The notes: generated by a model not told the origin, from the sequence alone. A DNA stretch of 64,000 bases from Andalucia godoyi And28 (GCA_009859145.1 VRVR01000004.1:1-64000); one strand, 5' to 3'. Counted from the stretch's first letter, positions 44,201 to 52,655 are shown. Made by a program: numbers and translations.

Positions 44201-46778
44201 GGCACAGAATTTTCTGATACAATACCGTGATGCGGAAGGAGACCAAGTTACTGTTCAAGATGACAGCGAATGGAAGAACGCGATGAGCAGCATCAAAGAG
44301 GACAAAATCCGATTGTTCTTGACAGATTCGCGTTCCTCAATGGAAGGCGCAGGAATTGGATTGAAGACACCCCTCTCCCCTGCCGTACAAACCCCTAATC
44401 TTCTGGTTCCCCCGACTCCAATGTCCCCGGTCCCGTCTTCTAAAGGCAGCGGCGCGACGCCGTCTTCTTCTGGCAAGAGTAGGCACAAGAACTCCCCGTC
44501 GGATGCCGAAGGCCAGATTCCAATTTCAGCGCGGTCGCCCGCTTCGAATCCCTTCAACGGAGGTGCGACCGTTGTTGCATCTGGTGTTGTGGTTGCTAGC
44601 AGTGGGACCCCGGGTGTGGTGCCGTCGTCTGCCTCCGGGGCCGCTGGGGCACAGCGTGGTCGGCACAAGAGACACCCTTCGTCTGATGGTGGCTCTGGAG
44701 TAGCGACGCAACCCCGGGCTGAAGTGAAGAAGCATTGGAAGTACAAAAAGGGTGAATATCTCGGAGAAGGTGCTTACGGAAAGGTATTCTTGGGCCTCGA
44801 TGAGAGTGGGCGGCTTCTCGCGATTAAAGAAGTTTCGATGGCGCAGAATGCGGAGGAGGCGCAGAAACTCGAACACGAAATATCTGTAATGTCGCAACTA
44901 CATCATCCAAATATTGTGGAGTATCTGGGTGTCGAAAGGGACAACGAGCGTGGATGCATTTATATTTTAATGGAGTATGTACCTGGCGGCTCGATTGCAT
45001 CCCTTATTCGCCGTTTCGGGCGATTTGACGAATCCGTCATCCGCATGTATCTGAAACAGATTCTTGCTGGTCTGCAGTTCTTGCACGCACGGAACGTTGT
45101 GCATCGTGACATCAAGGGTGCGAATATCCTTGTTGACAATCTTGGCGTGATTAAACTTGCAGACTTTGGCGCGTCGAAACTGTTGCATGAAATGGTTTCA
45201 AAGCCTCAACAAGGCATGCGTTCTCTTGCAGGATCTCCGTACTGGATGTCTCCTGAAATGATCAAACAGGTCGGTCACGACAAGGAAACTGACATTTGGA
45301 GTGTGGGCTGTACAGTCTACGAGATGTTTTCCGGGACGCCTCCGTGGGCGCATCTGCGTGCCAGCAACAAGTTTGCATTGTTGTTCATGATTGCTTCTGC
45401 CAAAGAGCCGCCTCCATTGCCTGCGGATGTGTCCATTTCTCCTGAGGCGCAGGCCTTCTTGAAGCTGTGCTTCCAGCGGGATCCGAAAATGCGTCCCACC
45501 GTCGATGAGTTGCTCCGGCATCCGTTCGTCAATGCAAAAGAAGACTTTGGAGAAACAATTGACTCCGAGGACGAGGACGAGCAGGAAGAAGAAGAGGCGA
45601 TCACCCACGTCAGCGACGTTGAGAAACCACCACCTCCACACGTGGATGTGTATGCCCCCAATGCCGATCGTCCAATGGAGCATGATAGAATGCATCATAG
45701 CCTTGAACGCGGTGTAGATCTGCGCAAACGCGCCTCGTTCCACATTCATCAAGAGTATCTGCGAAGAATTGGCAGTAACCTCGACAGCGTGCGGAAATCC
45801 CTCGCTCTTGCGGAAGACAACATGTCTCCCGATGTTCCGGGTGTTTCGGATCTCGATCTCGGGGACATGGTTGACAAGGAGATTGTGATTGACGGGGAGC
45901 TGGCTGATCCGTTGGTGTCAGCTGCTGCGAATCGACTGACAAGGAAAAGATCGTCCACCTTTACCAGCGGATCGGAATTCCGAGCCTCGCTAAATGCCGC
46001 GTCAACTCCGGAGCAAGAGGAGACGAAGCGGCGCATGAGCGTTCTCCTCGTGGATCAAGCGTTCAGCACCCACTCTCATTCTACGCCGGCGCTGTCGATG
46101 TCGGAGCATTCGTCGTCGACGATTGCTGAGCGGCCTCCTGCCTCTCTCGCGGTTGTGGTACCGTCTAATGCGATTGAACGTGCCCATCCAAGCATGGCCC
46201 CGCAGAAATCAGTACCATTCAGTCGCAAGGCGGACTTTGGCGATGAAGATATTTTTGAAGAGCATATCGGAGAGTCGTCCGCAATGAAACTGTCCAGTTC
46301 TGCTCCGAAGGACGGGGGTGCTGGGCTTGCTGGTCGGTCTCGAGAGCCAGAAACTCCCACTTACATTCGAGTACCCGAAGAGGGGCCGTTTGGAACAACA
46401 GCGGATGGCAGTTCATCTGTCTCACGAGGCTTCTTTGCGCGAGCTCGTAGTCAGTCAAAGGGTCGAATGCAGCACATCATCAGTCGTGAAATGGAACGGC
46501 AGCGTGAGAATGAACGCGAGTGGGAGAAGTCGCATCGCAGCACGTCGACTCTTTCCTCGGGCTCTGGGAGCAGCAATGTCCCGTCGTCCACCAGATCGAT
46601 TGATTCTCACGGCAATGCATTTTCCCCATCGTTTTCTACTCCAAAACCTGGTGGTTCGGTTTCTCCAAAGAACGATGCGGCGACTGCGGATGTGTTTGAC
46701 GGTGTGGTGGATATTGTTATTGAAGACGAGATGCCCAGTGAGCAACCAAAGAAGCCTTCCCGTTCCACAAGCAGTTAG
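41238..46778 (+). CDS. STE11-family MAP3K with N-terminal ARM repeats, a ZZ zinc finger and a PB1 domain
   Basis: Kinase motifs LGEGAYGKV, LAIK, HRDIKGANIL, KLADFG and GSPYWMSPE. ZZ finger CSNC...CHVCEDYDLCQQC at about 42250-42400. PB1 IQYRDAEGDQVTV at about 44080-44330. ARM-like helical repeats. Confidence 0.9.
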   Translation: MPLCTFRAPLPDRVQKYVAVCLSDAEAPAKIRACEKLANIARKKSQSTRNILVEKGALPPLLHMATKSAEIRVMRPAMRALRYLSVNPYITQELDHIGAVREIGIVARELDIGYSRYSIQFIKNMVQFCLNRHLFVQNGGLFPLVEYLNHPDYEIQVASLEVLSLLSDLDDAINTLFELQASRMIIQMLSSNDRYAARYALMLVYRFCTVREFRQRLLHEAVLDPILVVVSSSSWQNDHQAMVFACKSLQCLATDDTEIQKTIISHPGLSFLLRLIHNSEEYVRNQAAAALSVLCSNLSSCLTVAHQHGLSHWLRLAEFESARLYACKVLCDLADVRHRCSNCDATIGERERRYHCHVCEDYDLCQQCYDHCVSGAKMPGYHQPQHFMSCHEQYFAIDILSSPTGLRSLYRSITPPEKDGSPSEQEIMLQEFCSGTLANCSALSSQTCSVVIREPDAIPAILEMINSRHATNRSILNGCTILMNSSIQEDLAGLLVEKNTVLVLLRMLEGESHAASDIQILRTAMETVANLFPLVNNSFVSDLDPLSRLISFTHSDDVQVHGALARIFKSCCERWPGSMFDNMESMVTSLCFLSETPSTFVRRDVALALRCFAKHRSTLLTRLNVLLATIIPEKPERPSHTRTPSSGLDNFYADPAASPEKMPPQTPSSAVVSTPNVGRSHSTSVPNGSSGAVSPPLSAGAHRFHVRQRSRSTADRPSELEQITAFRTITEYPHIFESIVNAFHAILLAENDSTIGDCCIDSVDMLLNPVAPSSGTPVSPGTVGSSSSSARSLPFSQSPHLAPFSAYQEMTEIIVCKLLYIASKVFEVCDSADSRRRIASSIDSITRLPLFPNCSLAEKRQIISVLVSLSDNADSFVVKKSAATLENVFCHGRVESKECTPVVWNALARLGQSVDADVRKSALNVMQMLGRSIIQENSVKLAVEAGLSVTAKCSFGDQVRNLQLPKAAMSLSEVRAFLFQAFNIQSMTAQNFLIQYRDAEGDQVTVQDDSEWKNAMSSIKEDKIRLFLTDSRSSMEGAGIGLKTPLSPAVQTPNLLVPPTPMSPVPSSKGSGATPSSSGKSRHKNSPSDAEGQIPISARSPASNPFNGGATVVASGVVVASSGTPGVVPSSASGAAGAQRGRHKRHPSSDGGSGVATQPRAEVKKHWKYKKGEYLGEGAYGKVFLGLDESGRLLAIKEVSMAQNAEEAQKLEHEISVMSQLHHPNIVEYLGVERDNERGCIYILMEYVPGGSIASLIRRFGRFDESVIRMYLKQILAGLQFLHARNVVHRDIKGANILVDNLGVIKLADFGASKLLHEMVSKPQQGMRSLAGSPYWMSPEMIKQVGHDKETDIWSVGCTVYEMFSGTPPWAHLRASNKFALLFMIASAKEPPPLPADVSISPEAQAFLKLCFQRDPKMRPTVDELLRHPFVNAKEDFGETIDSEDEDEQEEEEAITHVSDVEKPPPPHVDVYAPNADRPMEHDRMHHSLERGVDLRKRASFHIHQEYLRRIGSNLDSVRKSLALAEDNMSPDVPGVSDLDLGDMVDKEIVIDGELADPLVSAAANRLTRKRSSTFTSGSEFRASLNAASTPEQEETKRRMSVLLVDQAFSTHSHSTPALSMSEHSSSTIAERPPASLAVVVPSNAIERAHPSMAPQKSVPFSRKADFGDEDIFEEHIGESSAMKLSSSAPKDGGAGLAGRSREPETPTYIRVPEEGPFGTTADGSSSVSRGFFARARSQSKGRMQHIISREMERQRENEREWEKSHRSTSTLSSGSGSSNVPSSTRSIDSHGNAFSPSFSTPKPGGSVSPKNDAATADVFDGVVDIVIEDEMPSEQPKKPSRSTSS

Positions 46779-46841
46779 TCGCCGGAGTTTCTGCGTTCGG
46801 CTGCCTGTTGGTTTGAATTTGTTATTGTACCTTTAAAAAAG

Positions 46842-47288
46842 CCGTTGAATAATAACACGTCATTGTCATGCATACGGATGGAAGTACACATAAACAGACA
46901 CACGGTCAATGCTGGCCGACACTAGCACGTTTTTGCTTCGCAGGGAACTCGTGCTTACGCACGCTCGGCCAGAATTCAGCCGGTGACACAGGCACCGCAT
47001 TTTCGACACTCTTTAACGCATCATCCGTAGCCATCTATTCTATCATTCGTTCTTTTTGCAACGTTTGTTCCATAGGGCGACTGAGTATCGCGAGCGGCGG
47101 AAGCAAAGTGTCTGCATGTCCCGCGTGTAGGCCACAGATTGATCGAGATTGGGAACGGAGCGCGGAACATTTATCTGAAGAACGCCGTGGGGCGTGTTGG
47201 GGCCTATCCCCTTCCCGGCAACGGGATGCCAGATTGAATACGCATGTCTATTCGTAGTTATGCATGTTCAGTGTATGATGTAGGCGTA
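46842..47288. repeat. Dispersed repeat, copy 1 (homologous to 60598-61165)
   Basis: Shares CCGTTGAATAATA.CACGTCATTGTCATGCATACGG... and CACAGA.TGATCGAGATTGGGAACGGAGCGCGGA...GTAGGCGTA with copy 2, in the same orientation. Confidence 0.85.
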
Positions 47289-47370
47289 ATGCATGCACAG
47301 TGCTTCTTTGTTCTTGGCGTGTTCAGAACAGCAATCATTTCTCCGTGCGTTGGGAGGTGACGGTCATATC

Positions 47371-50046
47371 TCAGAACTGCATGTCTGTGTACTCTCCGAC
47401 ATCCAAATCGAGTAGTTGATCGGTACCGGTCGCCAAGTTCAAAGCTGAAACGCGCTGGGAGGACAGTGAGTCAGAGGTCCGAGCTTGGTCCTTTTCAGCC
47501 TGAGCAATGTAAGAATCCCAGTCGAACTCGGGATCGTCAAAATCGTCATCCAAATCTCCGGCGACGGGCGCATGTGGTGATGCTTTCACAGTGGATGCAG
47601 AGGACTTGGGGAGGGAGCGGGGACGCTTTGCCGCAGGGCCCGCATCATCATGCGCCGCCGAAACACCCTTGATGGAAGAAGCGGCTTTCTTGCAATTCTG
47701 CATACCGCTCGGTGCGGCGGCCGGTCGAAGCTCTGTGTCGCCTTCTAACAGAGAGAAATCATCCGCATCCTCAATGTCCGCTGTATCAATACCAGCAGAC
47801 AGATCTTTGGTATGCAACAGCTTGTCCGTTTTCCCAAAGAAACTCTCGATCCTATGAGAGCTGGTGTCCAGAAGTGTCCGAGATTCCACGTCCATCTTTG
47901 TGGACTCAGCATTTCCCTCCAGAGTTTTTCCAAGAACGGAGAGCTTGTTGCGAAGCAGCGTCCAAATATGGTCGTCAAACGTACCTGTTGCAATCAAATA
48001 GCGGATCAATACGGAATTCACTTGCCCAATGCGGTGCACACGATCCTCGCATTGGAAAAGAAGCCCGGGTGTCCACTGCAGCTCCGCAAACACCACATCG
48101 GAACAGGGTGTCAGCGTAAGACCCGTTCCGGCTGCTGCCATTGACAAAATTGCGAGCTGACAACCAGTTAGATCTGTTCTGAACTTCTCGGCTAGCACAT
48201 GCCGCTTTTCTGCCGACGTTGAGCCGTCAATCAGAATGTAACCAACTTTTTTCTTCTTTGCCATCTGCTCCAGTTCCTCAAGGACTTTCAGATGATGGCC
48301 AAACACGATGAACCTCGTTCCAGTCTCCAATAAATCTGAAACGTATTCAAGAACTGCCTTGAGCTTTGCGTTGGCAGTGTCACGCCACAGATCCATCAGC
48401 GCTCCTTTCCTCTGATTTTCAAATCGTACTCTCTCATCCTGCCGCATCGACGATCCCCGACCCTTGATCATCTGCTCCAATTCTCGGAGCTGCTCCAGTC
48501 GCATGGAAAACTTTCTCTGGATGTCAGCAGACACCTCCAAGTCCACGCGCTGCCTTCGCTTTGCCGGCAGCTGAGAAAATACTTCTTGTTTCTGTCGCCG
48601 AATCATCACGAAGTGGGACAAGAGCAGGTGCAGTTCTTCGAGGTGAGACGATCCCGAGAAATCGAGTCCAAATTGCCCTTCCCGGCCATTGCAGTATCGA
48701 AATCCATACACTTCCTTGTTCGTGAACAGCGTCGGAAGAATCGCCTGTACCTGTGTGTACAACTCGATGGGACGAGACAAGGCAGGTGTCCCGGTAAGAA
48801 GCAGTGTTCTCTTCGCCTTCTTTAGCAGCGGCAGCAGCGCGGTCGTTCTTTGCGCTTGCAAATTCTTAATGTAGTGTGCTTCATCGGCGATGAAACACTG
48901 AAAATTCGATTCGGCCAACCGAGTCGCCATTTTCGCGGCAAGGTCATACGAAACGATGAGCACTTGGAACTCTTCGCCATGAGAAGCATACTTGTCATTC
49001 GAGGCACTCACAATGACATGGATCTCATCTTCGCTGATGAAGGATCGTGGCAGCCATTTCAGTATCTCTGCTTTCCACTGAAATCGTACCGATGAAGGCA
49101 CAATCACACACATCGGCCATTCTTTTCGATAGCAATACATGAGTGCGATGGCTTGAATGGTTTTTCCAAGTCCTGGATGATCCGCAATCAACGCACGCCC
49201 ATTCCTCTGCAATGCAAACAAGACACCTTCCTTCTGAAACGGCATCATGGACTGGAGCAAGGACGCCGGCAGCGCCTTCTCCAAGTATCCCATATCAAAT
49301 GTCTGTTTTGCAAAGTACTGGCTGGCATTTTCGAGTGTCTTTAAACACGACGCCGGAATGTCCTCTACTTTCAGCAGGCCCTCTGCAGCGATAGGCAGTG
49401 CTTGCAGCCGGCAAACAAGCTTTTCATACTGCATCCGCGAGATGCCGTACACACACCTGCCCTTGTTTTCAAGAACTTCGCGTTCCTCGGCCGCAAAGAC
49501 CTTAATTGCATTTTCAACGATCTGCGATTCTGCATACCCTGGGTCAATTCGAATCAATACTTGGTCCAGGCGCGCCATCTCCAGTCCAACTCGACACGGA
49601 ATCGCACGAGTTGCTGTCTTTTGTGCGATTCCCGGTGTAACTCCTGATGGCTGCTTCTTCCACCAAGGCTGCTGCTGGTTAGGCGGACTAGGCGGGCCTC
49701 GACTTGCGTGGCTCCCCACAAGCCCTGGACCTGGCTGCGGCTGTGCTTGCGGTGGACTCTTCATCGAGGCGGCAGCACTGATAGGATGCCTTGTCTGATG
49801 TGGAACCGATGATGTCGCGGTCGCAGTCGCGGTCGTCGAGCTCGACGTCGGGGCTGCGGTCCATTCGAAAAACTTGCACCCGTTTGGAAAACGGCCGCAT
49901 GCATAAAAGAACCTTCCCTGCGTCGGGCCCTCTTTCCGAACCATTTTCCGCACTGCTGGAATCCCATGCTCGCAATTCGGAAAAACATCCTCAGAATCCA
50001 GTGCTTCGCCCTCTGAACCGCGCTTCCTTGGTGACTTGCCAGACAT
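47371..50046 (-). CDS. SMARCAL1: SMARCAL1/HARP-like SNF2 annealing helicase with an N-terminal GRF zinc finger
   Basis: GRF finger CEHG..GRFFYAC...CKFFEW. SNF2 motifs ADHPGLGKTIQ, ADEAHYIK, LTGTPALSRP and QCEDRVHRIGQ. A HARP-like segment precedes the ATPase. Confidence 0.85.
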   Translation of the reverse strand: MSGKSPRKRGSEGEALDSEDVFPNCEHGIPAVRKMVRKEGPTQGRFFYACGRFPNGCKFFEWTAAPTSSSTTATATATSSVPHQTRHPISAAASMKSPPQAQPQPGPGLVGSHASRGPPSPPNQQQPWWKKQPSGVTPGIAQKTATRAIPCRVGLEMARLDQVLIRIDPGYAESQIVENAIKVFAAEEREVLENKGRCVYGISRMQYEKLVCRLQALPIAAEGLLKVEDIPASCLKTLENASQYFAKQTFDMGYLEKALPASLLQSMMPFQKEGVLFALQRNGRALIADHPGLGKTIQAIALMYCYRKEWPMCVIVPSSVRFQWKAEILKWLPRSFISEDEIHVIVSASNDKYASHGEEFQVLIVSYDLAAKMATRLAESNFQCFIADEAHYIKNLQAQRTTALLPLLKKAKRTLLLTGTPALSRPIELYTQVQAILPTLFTNKEVYGFRYCNGREGQFGLDFSGSSHLEELHLLLSHFVMIRRQKQEVFSQLPAKRRQRVDLEVSADIQRKFSMRLEQLRELEQMIKGRGSSMRQDERVRFENQRKGALMDLWRDTANAKLKAVLEYVSDLLETGTRFIVFGHHLKVLEELEQMAKKKKVGYILIDGSTSAEKRHVLAEKFRTDLTGCQLAILSMAAAGTGLTLTPCSDVVFAELQWTPGLLFQCEDRVHRIGQVNSVLIRYLIATGTFDDHIWTLLRNKLSVLGKTLEGNAESTKMDVESRTLLDTSSHRIESFFGKTDKLLHTKDLSAGIDTADIEDADDFSLLEGDTELRPAAAPSGMQNCKKAASSIKGVSAAHDDAGPAAKRPRSLPKSSASTVKASPHAPVAGDLDDDFDDPEFDWDSYIAQAEKDQARTSDSLSSQRVSALNLATGTDQLLDLDVGEYTDMQF

Positions 50047-50435
50047 CTGCACCCTCCCGTAAATCGTATGAACCTCTCAACCGTCAACCTTCAAAACCTC
50101 AACCTCCAAGCTCCAAGCTCTAAGCTCTAAGCTCCAAGCTCCAAATACATAACAATAATGGAGAGAATGATGAAATATGAAAAGGCTGCAACATGACGGA
50201 ATTTCAAGAGAAAATACTGTATAAGGGGAATTGCCGCCCGCGCCAAAAGAGGACGCTTGAGGGTATGTCTCCTTTGGTGCCTCAAGTGTTCTTTAACGAT
50301 CCTTTGGTCCATTTTGAAATGACATATGCAAATCCTGTTGAATGTTTCGTTTATTTTCATTCTTACTTCATTCATTCTTCCCTTCTTCTTTTTTCCATTG
50401 TTTTTTCATTTTTTTGGGCAAGTTTTCGCGAAACC

Positions 50436-50660
50436 ATGGCAGGAGTTCCAAAGTCTACTTTAAAGAACATTTTCAAGCGTCATGCACCTGCGCATCGGCT
50501 TTCGCGGAATTCGGAGCTTATGATGTACCTGAATTACGTTCTCTTTATGCGAAAGCTCTCCCAGATGGCCCAAACAGAGTCTACAAAAGACGGATCCAAG
50601 ATTATCAGAGGACGGCATGTCCAGGCTGCTGCCCAGCGCATCATGGACGAAATGAAGTGA
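50436..50660 (+). CDS. CENPW: Centromere protein W (histone fold)
   Basis: 74 aa, MAGVPKSTLKNIFKRHAP..RLSRNSELMMYLNYVLFMRKL...IIRGRHVQAAA, matching the CENP-W pattern. Confidence 0.8.
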   Translation: MAGVPKSTLKNIFKRHAPAHRLSRNSELMMYLNYVLFMRKLSQMAQTESTKDGSKIIRGRHVQAAAQRIMDEMK

Positions 50661-50940
50661 TGTGTAGTTGTCTGTCAACTGAAGCTAATAGTTCTGAGAA
50701 ACGGATCATTTCCTTCGTTTCCCTGTTTCCCTCTTCTCAACCGTTTATGTGTTTGTGTGTGTGTGTGTTTCTTTCTTTCCTTGGCATTGTCCGTTCATTC
50801 ATTTTTCTGCAGAGATAGCATCATCCAGTGGTAAAAAGAGACAGAAAATAATCGTCGTCGTACTGCTAGTCGGAATACGTTTTTGCAGTGCTTTTTACTG
50901 TATGAATGCAGGAGACGAGATAGGCGGTGTGGAGCTCAAA

Positions 50941-51010
50941 GTTCGCTGTTCATCAGGTCCCTTTCCCAATGAAAAATTGTTTCAAAAGAGACCCTCATAA
51001 TGGCAACCAA
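50941..51010 (-). promoter_or_regulatory. Type II eukaryotic SECIS element
   Basis: The minus strand reads AUGAG-GGUCUCUUU-U-GAAA-CAAU-UUUUC-AUUG-GG-AAAGGGACC-UGAU. This gives a UGAG/UGAU kink-turn core, a 9-10 bp helix II, unpaired AAA and a 4-bp apical mini-helix. Confidence 0.88.
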
Positions 51011-51108
51011 AAGAAGAAAAACACGCATTCAAGATTATGGTTATGACACTCGTCTACGCAATCTCCTGTACACTCTCACAAAGCACATCATTATCATCAT
51101 CATCATTA

Positions 51109-51516
51109 TCAGATCAAGGACCGTGATGACGGCACGTCAGTGATATCCGTACTGGTACCGGCATGATCCAGCCCTGCAGTGCCAACAGCTCGTGGTGATG
51201 CACAAGCATCAATGGACCGCGGAGCGGAAGTGCTTTCGCAGTAGTGTTTCTTGATCGCGGCGACCACATCCCTCGAGTATGGAACGGTTCCAGCTCGGAT
51301 GCCACTTGCGAGAATCGTCCCATCGAACGCTTTGACTTCAAACGCCTCTCTTGGCAACTGACAATTCACCCGCTTTACAATCTCGATTGACGGCATCTCT
51401 TCCGCAAGAAACTCTCGAACCCGCTTGAATGCCGCAATCGCTCTTGAGCCTCAGCAATACTCTGCCGATATCGTAATCTCAACTTGGTGATCCGTCATTT
51501 CGTAAGCGCTGGCCAT
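51109..51516 (-). CDS. Rdx-family (SelW/SelT/SelH-like) selenoprotein with an in-frame TGA at codon 22
   Basis: MASAYEMTDHQVEITISAEYC*GSRAIAAFKRVREFLAEEMPSIEIVKRVNCQLPREAFEVKAFDGTILASGIRAGTVPYSRDVVAAIKKHY... The TGA at 51453-51451 is in frame with track ORF 51109-51396. Rdx hallmarks EYC, EE.P and (A/S)FEV are present, and a SECIS lies downstream. Confidence 0.85.
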
Positions 51517-52655
51517 TTTTCCTTTCTCAGTTTAACAAGCTGCGGTTGCTTTGTGTTCTTGTCGAATCGTAGAACAAACAAAAAGAAAAGAAAGAAACCA
51601 GAAACCAGAAACCAGAAACATGCACTCACAAACTTGAAATAGAAGCACACAATATTTTCCAAAAGGGTTTTGGAAGCGCGCTGCTTTTGTCGGGACATTT
51701 TTGTGACAAAAATAGCCCATTCGGGACATTTCGCGAGAAAAATCCCCCGCTGAACGCCGCCTATATTGTACGCTGAAAGCGTAACAACGCCATCGCTGAG
51801 GATGCATCATCAGTCAATGCTGCAGCCCGGACGGCGTTGCAGTATTGGGAGAGGGGGGTGGATAGGCTCCAGCACGCCACTTTGGCGTTCTAAAGATGAA
51901 TGTTAAGCGCACTGTAGACACGTGAAGGGCTTGCTCCCACCGAAGTGACGGTGCATAACGCCACACAATCCGCAAGCTTTGAAAGCGTATTCTTCTGTGA
52001 CGTTCGCGACCTGACCTGATCTGACTTGACAGTCTCTGAGCTCTTGTGCGTTGTGCAACAATCGCTGGAGAGACTCACAATGGGGTCTCCAACAACAGTA
52101 TCTGGCGCGCGCGATCTTGCATTCGATCTGCCACATGCCCTGCAAAAAAACATCCCTGGCGTCTGCGAATTTTTGGAAGCATGAATGTGAACAATGCGCC
52201 TCATACAACGTAATAAACACAGTGATATTTGCTAGCTTTGCAAAAGATGACCATCCGAAAATGCACAATCAATTCACTCGCCATTCTGCGGTCACGGATG
52301 CATGATGCATCGACGACGCTCACTTTCGTCCCTGTGGTGCTTTTCGAACTGCGTGTTCATGTACAAAGAATTAGAAGATATCGAACTATTTGACGGGAAC
52401 ATCTGCATTCGCAATTCAGCTGGCCTTGGCAGAAAATGATGATGTGCTCCTCAATCACATGAACAGAACGAAAAGTGCAAAGGGAAACAGCCATGTAAAC
52501 CACACGCGCTCGTTGCTCAACAACTCTGCTTTCTTTCTTTTTGCTTTTTTAATTAACGCATGAACAACTCTACAAACTCAAACACTCTGACCCTGCCACC
52601 ATCACCACCATCATCATCATCATCATTACGACGATGAATATGCGGGCATGTGTCC

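Noticed and set aside
44541-44552. T-loop-like GCTTCGAATCCC suggesting a tRNA
   Set aside because: It lies inside the kinase ORF, with no acceptor stem, D-arm or anticodon arm. No tRNA or rRNA gene was recognised in the window.
51451-51453. TGA explained by an alternative genetic code or a micro-intron
   Set aside because: TGA is the normal stop of many clear genes here (LCB2, DEK, uL15m, CENP-W). The only nearby GT..AG pairs give 11- or 18-nt introns that would delete the conserved Cys, while the introns predicted in this window are 132-232 nt.
51780-52600. Possible gene between the selenoprotein and V-ATPase G
   Set aside because: There are only short ORFs in conflicting frames, with no recognisable domain or consistent splice model.
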